Below, in pieces: positions 1-12,870 of a stretch of DNA of 64,000 bases (its first letter is position 1; each line of letters begins with the position of its first letter). Made by a program: the position numbers and the translations under genes. Origin of the DNA: Mobula hypostoma (Eukaryota); contig NC_086097.1 of the NCBI RefSeq assembly GCF_963921235.1, positions 255,876,001 to 255,940,000 on the forward strand, given 5' to 3'. The notes under the pieces were generated by a model. It did not search any database, was not told the origin of the DNA, and saw only the letters and a program-made list of their open reading frames with translations.

Positions 1-159
1 TATACATATACTGTAATTGATTTGCTTGTTTATTTATTATTTTTTAAAATTTTATTCATTTTTTTCTCTCTTCTGGATTGTTTATTGCATTGAACTGCTA
101 ACTAAGTTAACAAATTCCATGTCACATGCCGGTGATAATAAACCTGATTCTGATTCTGA
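1..159 (+). mobile_element. 3' end of a Rex1/Babar-type LINE with (GATTCT)n tail
   Basis: Ends in 'gataataaacctgattctgattctga'. The reverse complement of the same 3' UTR lies at about 49617-50185, attached to a Rex1-like ORF2 C-terminus. Confidence 0.65.
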
Positions 160-303
160 ACTCAGCAGTCCAGGCAGCATCTATGGAGAAGAGTACAATG
201 GACGTTTCAGGCCGAGTTACTGCATCAGGACTGGGGAAATAGCGACTGTACTCTCTTCCATAGATGCTGCTTATTTTACTGATTTCCTCCAGCATTGTGT
301 GTG
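158..303. mobile_element. Penelope-terminal-repeat mini-element, inverted pair, degenerate hammerhead
   Basis: 'ctcagcagtccaggcagcatctatgg...gacgtttcaggccgag' is followed by its partial reverse complement 'gactgtactctcttccatagatgctgc...tccagcattgtgtgtg'. Confidence 0.75.
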
Positions 304-1344
304 AATATTGTTAGATAGAACACAGTACATGGTCCTCACAGAGTAAACAGAAAACATGGGAAGACTAAATACAACTCAAAATGCAATTAGCACAAAACAG
401 ATCAGAAAACCTTACTGAGGGGTCCAGCAGTCAGCGGATAGATTGGCAAATCACTCAGAGATAAAAGGAAAAAATTTTTTGTGATGTTGACTGGAATGGA
501 GAGTGAAGCTGTTTACTTGAATTTGTTTTCCTTAAAGCAGAGGACAGTGATTGGGACCTGACAGGGCGATGCAGAATTTTAAGGGGCATTGCACATAAAA
601 TGCTGGAGGAACTCCGGAAACCATGCTGCATCCAGAGAGATTTATTCCCCTCAATAAGAAGAATTCTAAAGGCAGGATGACTTTCGGTCAAGAGGGCGCC
701 TGTGTACAATGCTCCCACAGTTGACATCTTCTGGATTGACCATGAAACCATTTATTTCACTTATGTCTTTTATGTTTGCTTTTCATCTTGAATGTGATTC
801 TGGAACTGATGATTGGCAGTTTGGAGATCGTTAGGCTGTTTCATCACTCTGCAGTCTCCGAGAGAATTCTGGGAGGCGCAGGTGGCATACGCTAACCTTG
901 TGGCGAGAAGGCAAGAAAGCTGTAGGACGGCTCACAAGCCGATGATCAACTACATTTTGCCAATTATAGCTTCCATTGTTCACCAATTAAAGTGATGAGG
1001 GAGACTGAAACATCGAGATGAATGCACAAGTGGAGCGCAGACTGCCTGCCTTTTGATCGCTGGTGGGACCACTCTGTTGCTGGAGAGGTGGGATTGTCTG
1101 CTGTCGGAGAGGGGAGAGTGCCTTTTGATCGCTGGTGGAATTGCTCTGCTGCCAGAGACAGGAGAGCCTGCCGCTGGGCCCAGAAATTCTTACCCAGGTT
1201 TTCTGTATTTTGGATATGGACTTGGACAACGGACATTTTCTTCAGTCTTATAGTTTTTTTATCTTCTGAGTTTTCACCCAATCTTTCTTATATTTTTGTG
1301 TGCAGGAGAGGGAGATTTGAAGGTCGATGTGTCTGTTACGTTTT

Positions 1345-1452
1345 TACAAACAAGAGAAATCTGCAGATGCTGGAAATCCGAGCAACATACACAAAATGCT
1401 GGAGGAACAAGGCAGGCCAGGCAGCATTAATGGAAAAACATTCGGTCGATAT
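1345..1452 (-). mobile_element. Penelope-terminal-repeat mini-element (older copy)
   Basis: 'ctgcagatgctggaaatccgagcaacatacacaaaatgctggagg' matches the other copies. Confidence 0.75.
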
Positions 1453-1930
1453 TTAGGCCCAATCATCACAAAAGAGAGGGCACACAAGGAAGCCAAAGCA
1501 AGTGGGAAGATAGAGGATTGGGAAGCACTTAAAAACTTGTAGAAGAAAACTAAGAAGGTCATGAGAAAGGAAAAGATAAACTATGAAAGGAAGCTGGCAA
1601 CTAATACCAAAGCGAGATACTGAAAGCTTTTTTACATATATAAAGGGTAAAAGGGTAGATATAGGACCAATAGAAAATGACGCTGGAGATATTGTAATGA
1701 GAGACGCAGAGATGGCAGAGGAACTGAATACGTATTTTGTATCAGTCTTCACAGTGGAAGATATCTGCAGTATACCGGACATTCGGACATTCAAGATTCA
1801 AGGAAGCAAAAAGGAAATTATAGACCTGTTAGCTTGACATCGGTGGTTGGAAAGTTGTTGGAGTCAATTGTCAAGGATGAGGTTATGGAGTACCTGGAGG
1901 CATATGACAAGATAGGCAGAACTCAGCATG
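1453..1930 (+). mobile_element. CR1 LINE ORF2 fragment (linker and start of RT)
   Basis: MAEELNTYFVSVFTVED and LTSVVGKLLESIVKD motifs. Confidence 0.9.
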
Positions 1931-3500
1931 CATCAAAGTTGCTGGTGAACTCAGCAGGCCAGGCAGCATCTCTAGGAAGAGGTACAGTTGACGTTTCGGG
2001 CCAAGACCCTTCGTCTGGACTAACTGAAAGAAGAGCTAGTAAGAGATTTGAAAGTGGGAGGGGGAGGGGGAGATCCAAACTGATAGGAGAAGACAGGAGG
2101 GGGAGGGATGGAGCCAAGAGCTGGACAGGTGATTGGAAAAAGGGATATGAGAGGATCATGGGACAGGAGGCCCAGGGAGAAGGAAAATGGGGAGGGGGGA
2201 AAAACCCAGAGGATGGGCAAGGGGTATAGTCAGAGGGACAGAGGGAGAAAAAGGAGAGAGAGAGAAAGAATGTGTGTGTATAAATAAATAACGGATGGGG
2301 TACAAGGGGGAGGTGGGGCATTTGTGGAAGTTAGAGAAGTCAATGTTCATGCCATCAGGTTGGAGGCTATCCAGATGGAATATGAGGTGTTGTTCCTCCA
2401 ACCTGAGTGTGGCTTCATCTTCACAGTAGAGGAGGCCGTGGACAGACATATCAGAATGGGAATGGGATGTGGAATTAAAATCTGTGGTCACCGGGAGATC
2501 CTGCTGTCTCTGGCAGACAGAACGTAGGTGTTCAGTGAAATGATCTCCCAGTCTGCGTCGGGTCTCGTCAATATATAGAAGGCCGCATCGGGAGCACCGG
2601 ATGCAGTATATCACCCCAACCGACTCACAGGTGAAGTGTCGCCTCACCTGGAAGGACTGTCTGGGGCCCTGAATGGTGGTAAGGGAGGAAGTGTAAGGGC
2701 ATGTGTAGCACTTAGAAACCATAGAAAAACTACAGCACAGAAACAGGCTTGTTCCGCTTACAAGGTTAAGTGCCAGGAGGGTATATGATCAGCCATGATC
2801 TCAGAATGGCGGTGCAGGCTCGAAGGGCCGAATGGTCTACTTTTGCACCTATTGTCTATTGTCTATTGTCTGTTGAGGGAGATCAGTGAGGAAGGATGGG
2901 GGGGGACGAGTGGACAAGGGAGTCGCGTAGGGAGCGATCCCTGTGGAAAGCAGAGGTGGGGGGGAGGGAAAGATAGATTGTTCCACAAAGCCAACAAAAA
3001 GACAGGCATAGCTAGGACCCATACACCTTTAGTTTGGAGGAAGTAGGAGGAGCCAAAGGAGAAATTATTAAGAGTAAGGACTAATTCTGCTAGACGGAGC
3101 AGAGTGGTGGTAGAGGGGAACTGATTAGGTCTGGAATCCAAAAAGTAGCGGAGAGCTTTGAGACCTTCCTGATGGGGGATGAAAGTATATAGGGACTGGA
3201 CATCCACAGTGAAAATAAAGCGGTGGGGGCCAGGGAACTTAAAATCATCGAAAAGTTTAAGAGCGTGAGAAGTGTCACGAAGATAGGTAGGAAGGGATTG
3301 AACAAGGGGGGATAAAACCGTGTCGAGGTATGCAGAAACGAGTTTGGTGGGGCAGGAGCAAGCTGAGACAATAGGTGTGCCAGGACAGGCAAGTTTGTGG
3401 ATCTTGGGTAGGAGGTAGAAACGGGAAGTGCGAGGTGTAGGAACTATAAGGTTGGTAGCAGTGGATGGGAGATCCCCTGAGTGGATAAAGTCGGTGATGG
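1931..3500 (-). mobile_element. Penelope-like element: partial RT, GIY-YIG endonuclease and 3' terminal repeat with hammerhead motif
   Basis: RT motif MDVQSLYT..IPHQEGLKAL and FLQTKGV (2863-3207). GIY-YIG region FTCESVGVIYCIRCSRCGLLYIDETRRRLGDHFTEH (2156-2722 ORF). Terminal repeat at 1931-2025. Internally deleted and interrupted by two tiny CR1 3' ends. Confidence 0.9.
2782..2874 (+). mobile_element. Short 5'-truncated CR1 3' end inside the Penelope element
   Basis: 'gatcagccatgatc...ggctcgaagggccgaatgg' plus (TATTGTC)n tail, flanked by GAGGG repeats. Confidence 0.75.
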
Positions 3501-4360
3501 TGTAATTACAAGTAGGCTAGACAAGGGAGATGCAGTTGTTCTTTAGGAGGTCACCTGATGTGAGGTCATGTGATGACATGTGCCCCGTGACTATATAAGG
3601 GTCGACCCAGGTGACGCAGTTGGTTTTTGAGTTTGTAGATTTCCAGGTAGAACGTGTTGTATCTCCGTTTCTGTTGCATGTTTGGTTTTGGTGATGCAGT
3701 TTCATTTTTAAAACTGTTGTGCGTTCTGTTGCAAAATACCTTATTATTTGGACTGGAAATATTTGCTAGATGTGTTGATTTACCCAATTCCAACATTCGA
3801 AGGGAGAGTGAAGAATTTACCAAAGTTACAGGATCGAAGGATCGAGAGCAGTCGGCATCGTTTGGCAGTTTAATAAAGGATCGACCTTATTGAGGCTTTG
3901 TGAGAGGAGTAGCTACCTGCATCGAGATATCTCTTGCCAAAAAGAGCAAAGAGTTCATGCAAAAAGGAATACTCTTTAAGGAATTTAAGGTCAGACGATT
4001 TAAACTGTTTATTTTCGGCATCGTGAATCCTGTGGACAGAACCAGCAGTAAAGTTGCGTCTGTGAAGAAATCCTTCTCCAGAGAAGTCTCTCCCAATTGA
4101 ATGTGTAAATCTGTTGGACTTTCGAAGTTATCGCTTTAAGAACTATATCTGACTGCATCGCCTTAAGAACTGTTTTTGCATTTAACGCTTTAAGAACCAG
4201 AGCCAAGTGACGAGTTGGTGAACGGCTGCCTATCTGTTAACATCCGGTTAAAGTTTTTGTTTGTTTTTTTTTTCCTTATCCTTTATCCGTGTTTAATAAA
4301 TGTGAAGTTATTTTTATATAACCTGTCTCGATTGAATTCATTGTTGCCAGTTACGTAACA
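3501..4360 (+). mobile_element. Solo-LTR-like element (about 860 bp)
   Basis: Starts TGTAA and ends GTAACA. TATATAAG near 3592 and AATAAA near 4295. No recognisable coding content and no TSD. Confidence 0.55.
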
Positions 4361-7300
4361 CAGTGGATGTTGTATATTTGGATTTTCAGAAGGCCTTTGA
4401 CAAGGTGCCACACATGAGGCTGCTTGACAAGATAAGAGCCCATGGAATTACGGGAAAGTTACATATGTGGATAGAGCATTGGCTGATTGGCAGGAAACAG
4501 AGAGTGGGAATAAAGGGATCCTATTCTGGTTGGTTGCCGGTTACCAGTGGTGTTCCATAGGGGTCCATGTTGGGGCTGCTTCTGTTTACATTGTACATCA
4601 ATGATTTGGATTATGGAATAGATGGCTTTGTGGCTAAGTACAAAGATAGGTGGAGGGGCTGGTAGAGCTGAGGAAACAGAGGGTCTGCAGAGAGTCTTGG
4701 ATAGATTGGGAGAATGGGCAAAGAAGTGGCAAATGAAATACAATGTTGGAAAGTGTATGGTTATGCACTTTGGCAGAAGAAATAAACGGGCGGACGATTA
4801 TTTAAATGGGGAGATAATGCAAAGTTCTGAGATGCAATGGGACTTGGGAGTCCTCGTGCAGGATACCCTTAAGGTTAACCTCCAGGTTGAGTCAGTGGTG
4901 AAGAAGGCGAATGAAATGTTGGCATTCATTTCTAGAGGAATAGAGTATAGGAGCAGGGATGTGATGTTGAGGCTCTATAAGGCAGCTGGATGACCTTCAA
5001 CTCATAAGGGAGAATGAGGCAGTCATAGATGAGAGCTACAGGGAGGTAGTCACACCTAGGCTGTCGGAAGCAGGTCGTTGGGTGACAGTCAGAGGGGGGA
5101 AAGCGAAGGTGAGCAGACAGGTAGTGCAGAGCACCCCTGTAGCCATTCCCCTGAATAATAAGTTTACCGTCCTGGATACTGTCAGCGGGGACGACCGACC
5201 AGGTGTGAGCCACGGTGGCAGGGCCTCGGGCACTGAGTCTGACCCTGTGGTGCAGAAGGGTGGGACGGAGAAGGGGAGAGCTGTCGTCATTGGAGACTCT
5301 ATAGTCAGGGGAGCAGACAGGAGATTTTGTGGACGTGAGAAGGACACCCGCATGGTTTGTTGCCTCCCGGGTGCCAGGGTCTGGGATATCTCTGACCGGG
5401 TGCACAACATCCTGGTATGAGAGGGAAAGCAACCAGAAGTCGTGATACATGTTGGGACCAACGACATAGGCAGGAAGAGGGATGAGGTCCTGAAGTGTGA
5501 GTTTCAGGAATTAGGCAGAAGGCTGAAGAACAGGACCTCGAGGGTGACGTTCTCAGGATTGCTGCCAGTGCTATATGACAGAGATGGTAAGAATTGGAGG
5601 AGATGGCAGTTGAATGCGTGGCTGAGGAGTTGGTGCAGGGAGCAGGGTTTTAGATTTTTAGATCATTGGGATCTCTTCTGGGGAAGGTGGGACCTGTACA
5701 GATTGGATGGGTTGCACCTGAACTCGAGGGGGAGCAATATCCTTGCAGGTAGGTTTGCTAGCATGGTTCGGGAGGGTTTAAACTAATTTGCGAGGGGGAT
5801 GGGACCCAGAGTGATAGAGCAGTGAAAGAAGTGCATGGAGTAAAGCCAGATCTAACATACAGAGAGGCTTTGAGGAAAGAGAAGCAGAATAAACGGTGTA
5901 AAGACAGTAAGGTAGAAGGGCTGAAATGTGTGTACCTCAATGCAAGAAGCATCAGGAACAAAGGTGATGAACTGAGAGCATGGATACATACATGGAATTA
6001 AGATGTAGTGGCCATTACAGAGACTTGGCTGGCACCAGGGCAGGAATGGATTCTCAATATTCCTGGATTTCAGTGCTTTAAGAGGGATAGAGAGGGTGGA
6101 AAAAGGGGAGGAGGGGTGGCATTACTGGTCAGGGATACTATTACAGCTACAGAAAGGGTGGGTAATGTAGCAGGATCCTCTTTTGAGTCAATATGGGTGG
6201 AAGTCAGGAACAGGAAGGGAGCAGTTACTCTATTGGGGTTAATCTATAGGCCCCCTGGTAGCAGCAGAGATACAGAGCAGCAGATTGGGAGGCAGATTCT
6301 GGAAAAGTGCAAAAATAACAGGGTTGTTATCATGGGTGACTTTAACTTCCCTAATATTGATTGGCACCTGATTAGTTCCAAGGGTTTAGATGGGGCAGAA
6401 TTTGTTAAGTGTGTCCAGGATGGATTCCCGTCACAGTATGTGGACAGGCCGACCAGGGGGAATGCCATACTAGATCTAGTACTAGGTAATAAACCGGGTC
6501 AGGTCACAGATCTCTCAGTGGGTGAGCATCTGGGGGACAGTGACCACCGCTCCCTAGCCTTTATAATTATCATGGAAAAGGATAGAATCAAAGAGGACAG
6601 GAAAATTTTTAATTGGGGAAAGGCAAATTATGAGGCTATAAGGCTAGAACTTGCGGGTGTGAATTGGGATGATGTTTTTGCAGGGAAATGTACTATGGAC
6701 ATGTGGTCGATGTTTAGAGATCTCTTGTGGGATGTAAGGGATAAATTTGTCCCGGTGAGGAAGATAAAGAATGGTAGGGTGAAGGAACCATGGGTGACAA
6801 GTGAGGTGGAAAATCTAGTCAGGAGGAAGAAGGCAGCATACCTGAGGTTTAGGAAGCAAGGATCAGATGGGTCTATTGAGGAATATAGGGAAGCAAGAAA
6901 GGAGCTTAAGAAGGGGCTGAGAAGAGCAAGAAGGGGGCATGAGAAGGCCTTGGCAAGTAGGGTAAAGGAAAATCCCAAGGCATTCTTCAATTATGTGAAG
7001 AAATAAAGGATGACAGGAGTGAAGGTAGGACCGATTAGACATAAAGGTGGGAAGATGTGCCTGGAGGCTGTGGAAGTGAGCGAGGTCCTCAATGAATACT
7101 TCTCTTCGGTATTCACCAATGAGAGGGAACTTGATGATGGTGAGGACAATATGAGTGAGGTTGATGTTCTGGAGCATGTTGATATTAAGGGAGAGGAGGT
7201 ATTGGAGTTGTTAAAATACATTAGGACAGATAAGTCCCCGGGGCCTGACAAAATATTCCCCAGGCTGCTCCAAGAGGTGAGAGAAGAGATTGCTGAGCCT

Positions 7301-9327
7301 CTGGCTAGGATCTTTATGTCCTCGTTGTCCACAGGAATGGTACCGGAGGATTGGAGGGAGGCGAATGTTGTTCCCTTGTTCAAAAAAGGTAGTAGGGATA
7401 GTCCGGGTAATTATAGACCAGTGAGCCTTACGTCTGTGGTGGGAAAGCTGTTGGAAAAGATTCTTAGAGATAGGATCTATAGGCATTTAGAGAATCATGG
7501 TCCGATCAGGGACAGTCAGCATGGCTTTGTGAAGGGCAGATCGTGTCTAACAAGCCTGATAGAGTTCTTTGAGGAGGTGACCAGGCATATAGATGAGGGT
7601 AGTGCAGTGGATGTGATCTATATGGATTTTAGTAAGGCATTTGACAAGGTTCCACACGGTAGGCTTACTCAGAAAGTTAGAAGGCGTGGGATCCAGGGAA
7701 GTTTGGTCAGGTGGATTCAGAACTGGCTTGCCTGCAGAAGGCAGAGGGTGGTGGTGGAGGGAGTACATTCAGATTGGTGGATTGTGACTAGTGGTGTCCC
7801 ACAAGGATCTGTTCTGGGACCTCTACTTTTCGTGATTTTTATTAACGACCTGGATGTGCGGGTCGAAGGGTGGGTTGGCAAGTTTGCAGACGACACAAAG
7901 GTTGGTGGTGTTGTAGATAGTGTAGAGGATTGTCAAAGATTGCAGAGAGACATTGATAGGATGCAGAAGTCGGCTGAGAAGTGGCAGATGGAGTTCAACC
8001 CGGAGAAGTGTGAGGTGGTACACTTTGGAAGGACAAACTCCAAGGCAGAGTACAAAGTAAATGGCAGAATACTTGGTAGTGTGGAGGAGCAGAGGGATCT
8101 GGGGGTACATGTCCACAGATCCCTGAAAGTTGCCTCACAGGTGGATAGGGTAGTTAAGAAAGCTTATGGGGTGTTAGCTTTCATAAGTCGAGGGATAGAG
8201 TTTAAGAGTCGCGATGTAATGATGCAGGCCACACTTGGAGTATTGTGTCCAGTTCTGGTCACCTCACTATAGGAAGGATGTGGAAGCATTGGAAAGGATA
8301 CAGAGGAGATTTACCAGGATGCTGCCTGGTTTAGAAAGTATGCATTATGATCAGAGATTAAGGGAGCTAGGGCTTTACTCTTTGGAGAGAAGGAGACATG
8401 ATAGAAGTGTACAAGATAATAAGAATAGATAGAGTGGATAGCCAGCGCCTCTTCCCCAGGGCACCACTGCTCAATACAAGAGGACATGGCTTTAAGGTAA
8501 GGGGAGGGAAGTTCAAGGGGGATATTAGAGGAAGGTTTTTCACTCAGAGAGTGGTTGGTGCGTGGCATGCACTGCCTGAGTCAATGGTGGAGGCAGATAC
8601 ACTAGTGAAGTTTAAGAGACTACTAGACAGGTATATGGAGGAATCTAAGGTGTGGGCTTATATGGGAGGCAGGGTTTGAGGGTCGGCACAACATTGTGGG
8701 CCGAAGGGCCTGTACTGTGCTGTACTATTCTATGTTCTATGTTCTAAGGCGCTGGTGAGACCTCACTTGGAGTACTGTGGGCAGTTTTGGTCTCCTTATT
8801 TAAAAAAGGATGTGCTGACGTTGGAGAGGGTACAGAGAAGATTCACAAGAATGATTCCGGGAATGAGAGGGTTAACTTATGAGGAACGTTTGTCCGCTCT
8901 TGGACTGTATTCCTTGGAGTTTAGAAGAATGACGGGGGACCTCATAGAAACATTTCAAATGTTGAAAGGCATGGGCAGAGTGGATGTGGCAAAATTGTTT
9001 CCCATGGTGGGGGAGTCTAGTACGAGAGGGCATGACTTAAGGATTGAAGGGCACCCATTCAGAACAGAGATGTGAAGAAATTTTTTTAGCCAGAGGGTGG
9101 TGAATCTAAGGAATTTGTTGCCATGGGCGGCAGTGGAAGCCAAGTCATTGGGTGCATTTAAGGCAGAGATTGATAGGTATCTGAGTAGCCAGGGCATCAA
9201 AAGTTATGGTGAGAAGGCGGGGGAGTGGGACTAAATGGGAGAATGGATCAGCTCATGATAAAATGGCAGAGCAGACTCGATGGGCTGAATAGCTGACTTC
9301 TGCTCCTTTGTCTTATGGTCTTATGGT
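4361..9327 (+). mobile_element. CR1 RT and 3' end (4361-4983 and 8745-9327), split by a younger CR1 insertion
   Basis: [17 protein letters not shown]...LRLYKA continues as LVRPHLEYC across the TSD TAAGGC (4978-4983 / 8745-8750). Ends in a (TCTTATGG)n tail. Confidence 0.9.
4984..8744 (+). mobile_element. Near-complete young CR1 LINE: ORF1 with SGNH esterase, ORF2 APE endonuclease and RT, (GTTCTAT)n tail; disabled by stops and small deletions
   Basis: ORF1 motifs VIGDSIVR, IHVGTND and DGLHLN (5082-5786). EN motifs AITETWL, GDFNFP and SDH (6008-7006). RT motifs [15 protein letters not shown] and KFADD (7010-8272). TSD TAAGGC. Confidence 0.95.
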
Positions 9328-11977
9328 GTCAGGGAAGTGAAGTACATGCAGTGAAAATTATGACAGAGAAGGTGCTCAGGAAGCTTAATGATCTGAGGGC
9401 GGATAAATCTCTTGGACCTGATGGAATGCTCCCTCGGGTTTTGAAGGAAGCAGCTGGAGAGATTGAGGAGGCATTAACAATGATCTTTCAAGAATCGATA
9501 GATTCTGGCATTGCATCGGTTGAGTGGAAAATTGCAAATGTTACTCCACTACTTAAGAAGGGTGGGAGGCAGCAGAAAGGAAACTATAGACCTATTAGCC
9601 TGACATCAGTGGTTGGGAAGCTTTTGGAATTGATTATTAGGGATGGGATTATGGAATACCTGGAGGCACATGACAAGATAGGCCAAAGCCAGCATGGTTT
9701 CCTGAAAGGAAAATTCTGCCTGACTAACCTACTGCAGTTCTTTGAGGAAATTACAAGCAGGGTAGACAAAGAAGATGTAGTAGATGTGGTGTACTTGGAT
9801 TTTTAGAAGGCCTTTGACAAGGTGTTACACATGAGGATGCTTAGCAGGATAAGAGCCCATGGAATTACAGGGGAGTTACTAGCATGGGTGGAGCATTGGC
9901 TGATCGGCAGAAAACAGAGAGCAAGAATAAAGGGATCCTATTCTGTCTGGCTGCCAGTTACCAGTGGAGTTTGACAGGGGTCAATGTTGGGATCGTTGCT
10001 TTTTTTCAATGTATGTCAATGATTTGGACTATAGGATTAATGGATTTGTGGCTAAATTTGCTGATGATACAGAGATAGGTGGAGGAGCGGGTAGTGTTGA
10101 GGAAACAGAGAGCCTGCAGACAGACTTAGATAGTTTAAGAGAATGGGCAAAGAAGTGGCAAATGAAATACAATGTTGGAAAGTGTATGGTTATGCACTTT
10201 GGTGGAAGAAATAAACAGGCAGTCTATTATTTAGATGGAGAGAGAATTCAAAATGTAGAGATGCGAAGGGACCTTGGAGTCCTTGTGCAAGATACCCTGA
10301 AGGTTAACCTCCAGGTGAAGAAGGCAAATGCAATGTTGGCATTCATTTCTAGAGGTATAGAATATTAGAGCAGGGATGTGATGTTGAGGCTCTATAAGGC
10401 ACTTGTGAGACACACTTGGAGTATTGTGTGCAGTTTTGGGCTCCTTATTTTAGAAAGTATATATTGACATTGGAGAGGGTTCAGAGAAGATTCACGAGAA
10501 TGATTCCAGGAATGAAAGGTTTACCGTATGAGGAACTTCTGGCAGCTCTTCGGCTGTATTCCCTGGAGTTCAGGAGAATGAGGGAGGATCTCATAGAAAC
10601 ATTCCAACTGTTAAAAGGCCTGAACAGATTATTTCCCATGGTAGGGGAGTCTAGGACAAGAGGGGACGACTTCAGGATTGAAACATAGAAACATAGAAAA
10701 TAGGTGCAGGAGTAGGCCATTCGGCCCTTCGAGCCTGCACCGCCGTTTATTATGATCATGGCTGATCATCCAACTCAGAACCCTGAACCAGCCTTCCCTC
10801 CATACCCCCGATCCCCATAGCCACAAGGGCCATATCTAACTCCCTCTTAAATATAACCAATGAACTGGCCTCAACTGTTTCCTGTGGCAGAGAATTCCAC
10901 AGATTCACCACTCTCTGTGTGAAGAAGTTTTTCCTAATCTCGGTCCTAAAAGGCTTCCCCTTTATCCTCAGACTGTGACCCCTCGTTCTGGACTTCCCCA
11001 ACATTGGGAACAATCTCCCTGCATCTAGCCTGTCCAATCCCTTTAGGATTTTATACGTTTCAATCAGATCCCCCCTCAATCTTCTAAATTCCAACGAGTA
11101 CAAGCCCAGTTCATCCAGTCTTTCTTCATATGAAAGTCCTGCCATCCCAGGAATCAATCTGGTGAACCTTCTTTGTACTCCCTCTATGGCAAGGATGTCT
11201 TTCCTCAGATTAGGGGACCAAAACTGCACACAATACTCCAGGTGTGGTCTCACCAAGGCCTTGTTCAACTGCAGTAGTACCTCCCTGCTCCTGTACTCGA
11301 ATCCTCTCGCTATAAATGCCAGCATACCGTTCGTCTTTTTCACCGCCTGCTGTACCTGCATGCCCACTTTCAATGACTGGTGTATAATGACACCCAGGTC
11401 TCGTTGCACCTCCCCTTTTCCTAATCGGCCACCATTCAGATAATAATCTGTTTTCCTATTTTTGCCACCAAAGTGGATAACTTCACATTTATCCACATTA
11501 AATTGCATCTGCCATGAATTTGCCCACTCACCCAACCTATCCAAGTCACTCTGCATCCTCTTAGCATCCTCCTCACAGCTAACACTGCCGCCCAGCTTCG
11601 TGTCATCCGCAAACTTGGAGATGCTGCATTTAATTCCCTCATCCAAGTCATTAATATATATTGTAAACAACTGGGGTCCCAGCACTGAGCCTTGAAGGAT
11701 GTCTATTTAGAACTGAGATGCAGAGAAATTATTTTAGTCAAAGGGTAGTAAATCTGTGGAACTTGTTGCAATGAGCGGCTGTGCAGGCCAAGTCATTGGG
11801 TGCATTTAAGGCAGAGATAGATATGTTCTTGATTAGCCAGGGCATCAAAGGGGATGGGGTGAAGGCAGGGGAGTGGGGATGACTGGATAAATTGGATCAG
11901 CCCATGACTGAATGGTGGAACAGACTTGATTGGCCGAGTGGCCTACTTCTGCTCCTATATCTTATGGTCTTATGATC
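9328..11977 (+). mobile_element. CR1 RT and 3' end, interrupted at 10683-11691
   Basis: NYRPISLTSVVGK, KFADDT and EYCVQFWAPY motifs; resumes at about 11692 after a TTGAA duplication. Confidence 0.9.
10683..11691 (-). mobile_element. Young 5'-truncated CR1 with an open RT C-terminal frame and (TTTCTATG)n tail
   Basis: Uninterrupted 309-aa ORF 10756-11685 (KFADDTKLGG...). Nearly identical to 40925-41679. Confidence 0.95.
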
Positions 11978-12870
11978 ATGCTGCCTTTTGTTTTATTTCT
12001 TGGTTTTGTGGATATCTGGAGAAGAAGAATTTCAGATTTGTATGCTTTGATAATAAATGAACCTTTGAACAACCGTGGCTGACAAGGGAGGGCATATAAT
12101 AGAGCAAAAATAGTAGGACGTTAGAGGATTGGGAAGCTTTTAAGAACCAACAGATGGCAACTAAGAAAGCCATAAAGAACAAAAAGATGGAATACAAAAG
12201 TAAGCTAGCCAATAATATTAAAAAAGATACCAAAAGTTTCTTCGGATATATAAGGTGTAAATTAGAGGGGAGAGTGGATAGCAGACTACTGTAAAATGAT
12301 GCTGGAGAGGTAGTAATGGAGGATGAGGAAATGGAGGATGAACTGAGTTATATGCTGTGGTTTTGCGGTACTTGGTAGCACACGATAAGACAAGCCATAG
12401 TCAGCATGGTTTCTACAAGGGAAAATCTTAGACCATAAGACCAAGATATAGGAGCAAAATTAGGCTATTTGGCCCATCGAGTCAGTTCTGCCTGCCATTC
12501 AACATGGCTGATCCTTTTTTCCCTTCCTCAGCCCCACTCCCCAGCCTTCTTATTGTAACCTTTGATGCTATGTCCTGTCAAGAACCTAAGAACCTAGCCT
12601 TAAATACATCCAATGACCTGGCCTCCATAGTTGCCTGTGGTAATAAATTCCACAAATTCACCACCCTCTGGCGAAAGACATTTCCTGCATATCTGTTTTA
12701 AATGGACGCCCCTCTATCCTGATGCTGTGCTTTCTTGTCCTAGACTCCCCACCATGGGAAACATCCTTTCCATATCTACTCTGTCGAGGCCTCTCAACTT
12801 TCGAAAAGTTTCAATGAGAACCTCCCCCCACCTTATCCTTCTAAATTCCAGTGAGTACAGACCCATAGCT

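Noticed and set aside
416..453. Possible 38-nt minus-strand exon (DLPIYPLTAGPL, GTAAGG donor)
   Set aside because: The acceptor is weak and the adjacent 455-710 reads as a decayed plus-strand CR1 C-terminus; no protein recognised.
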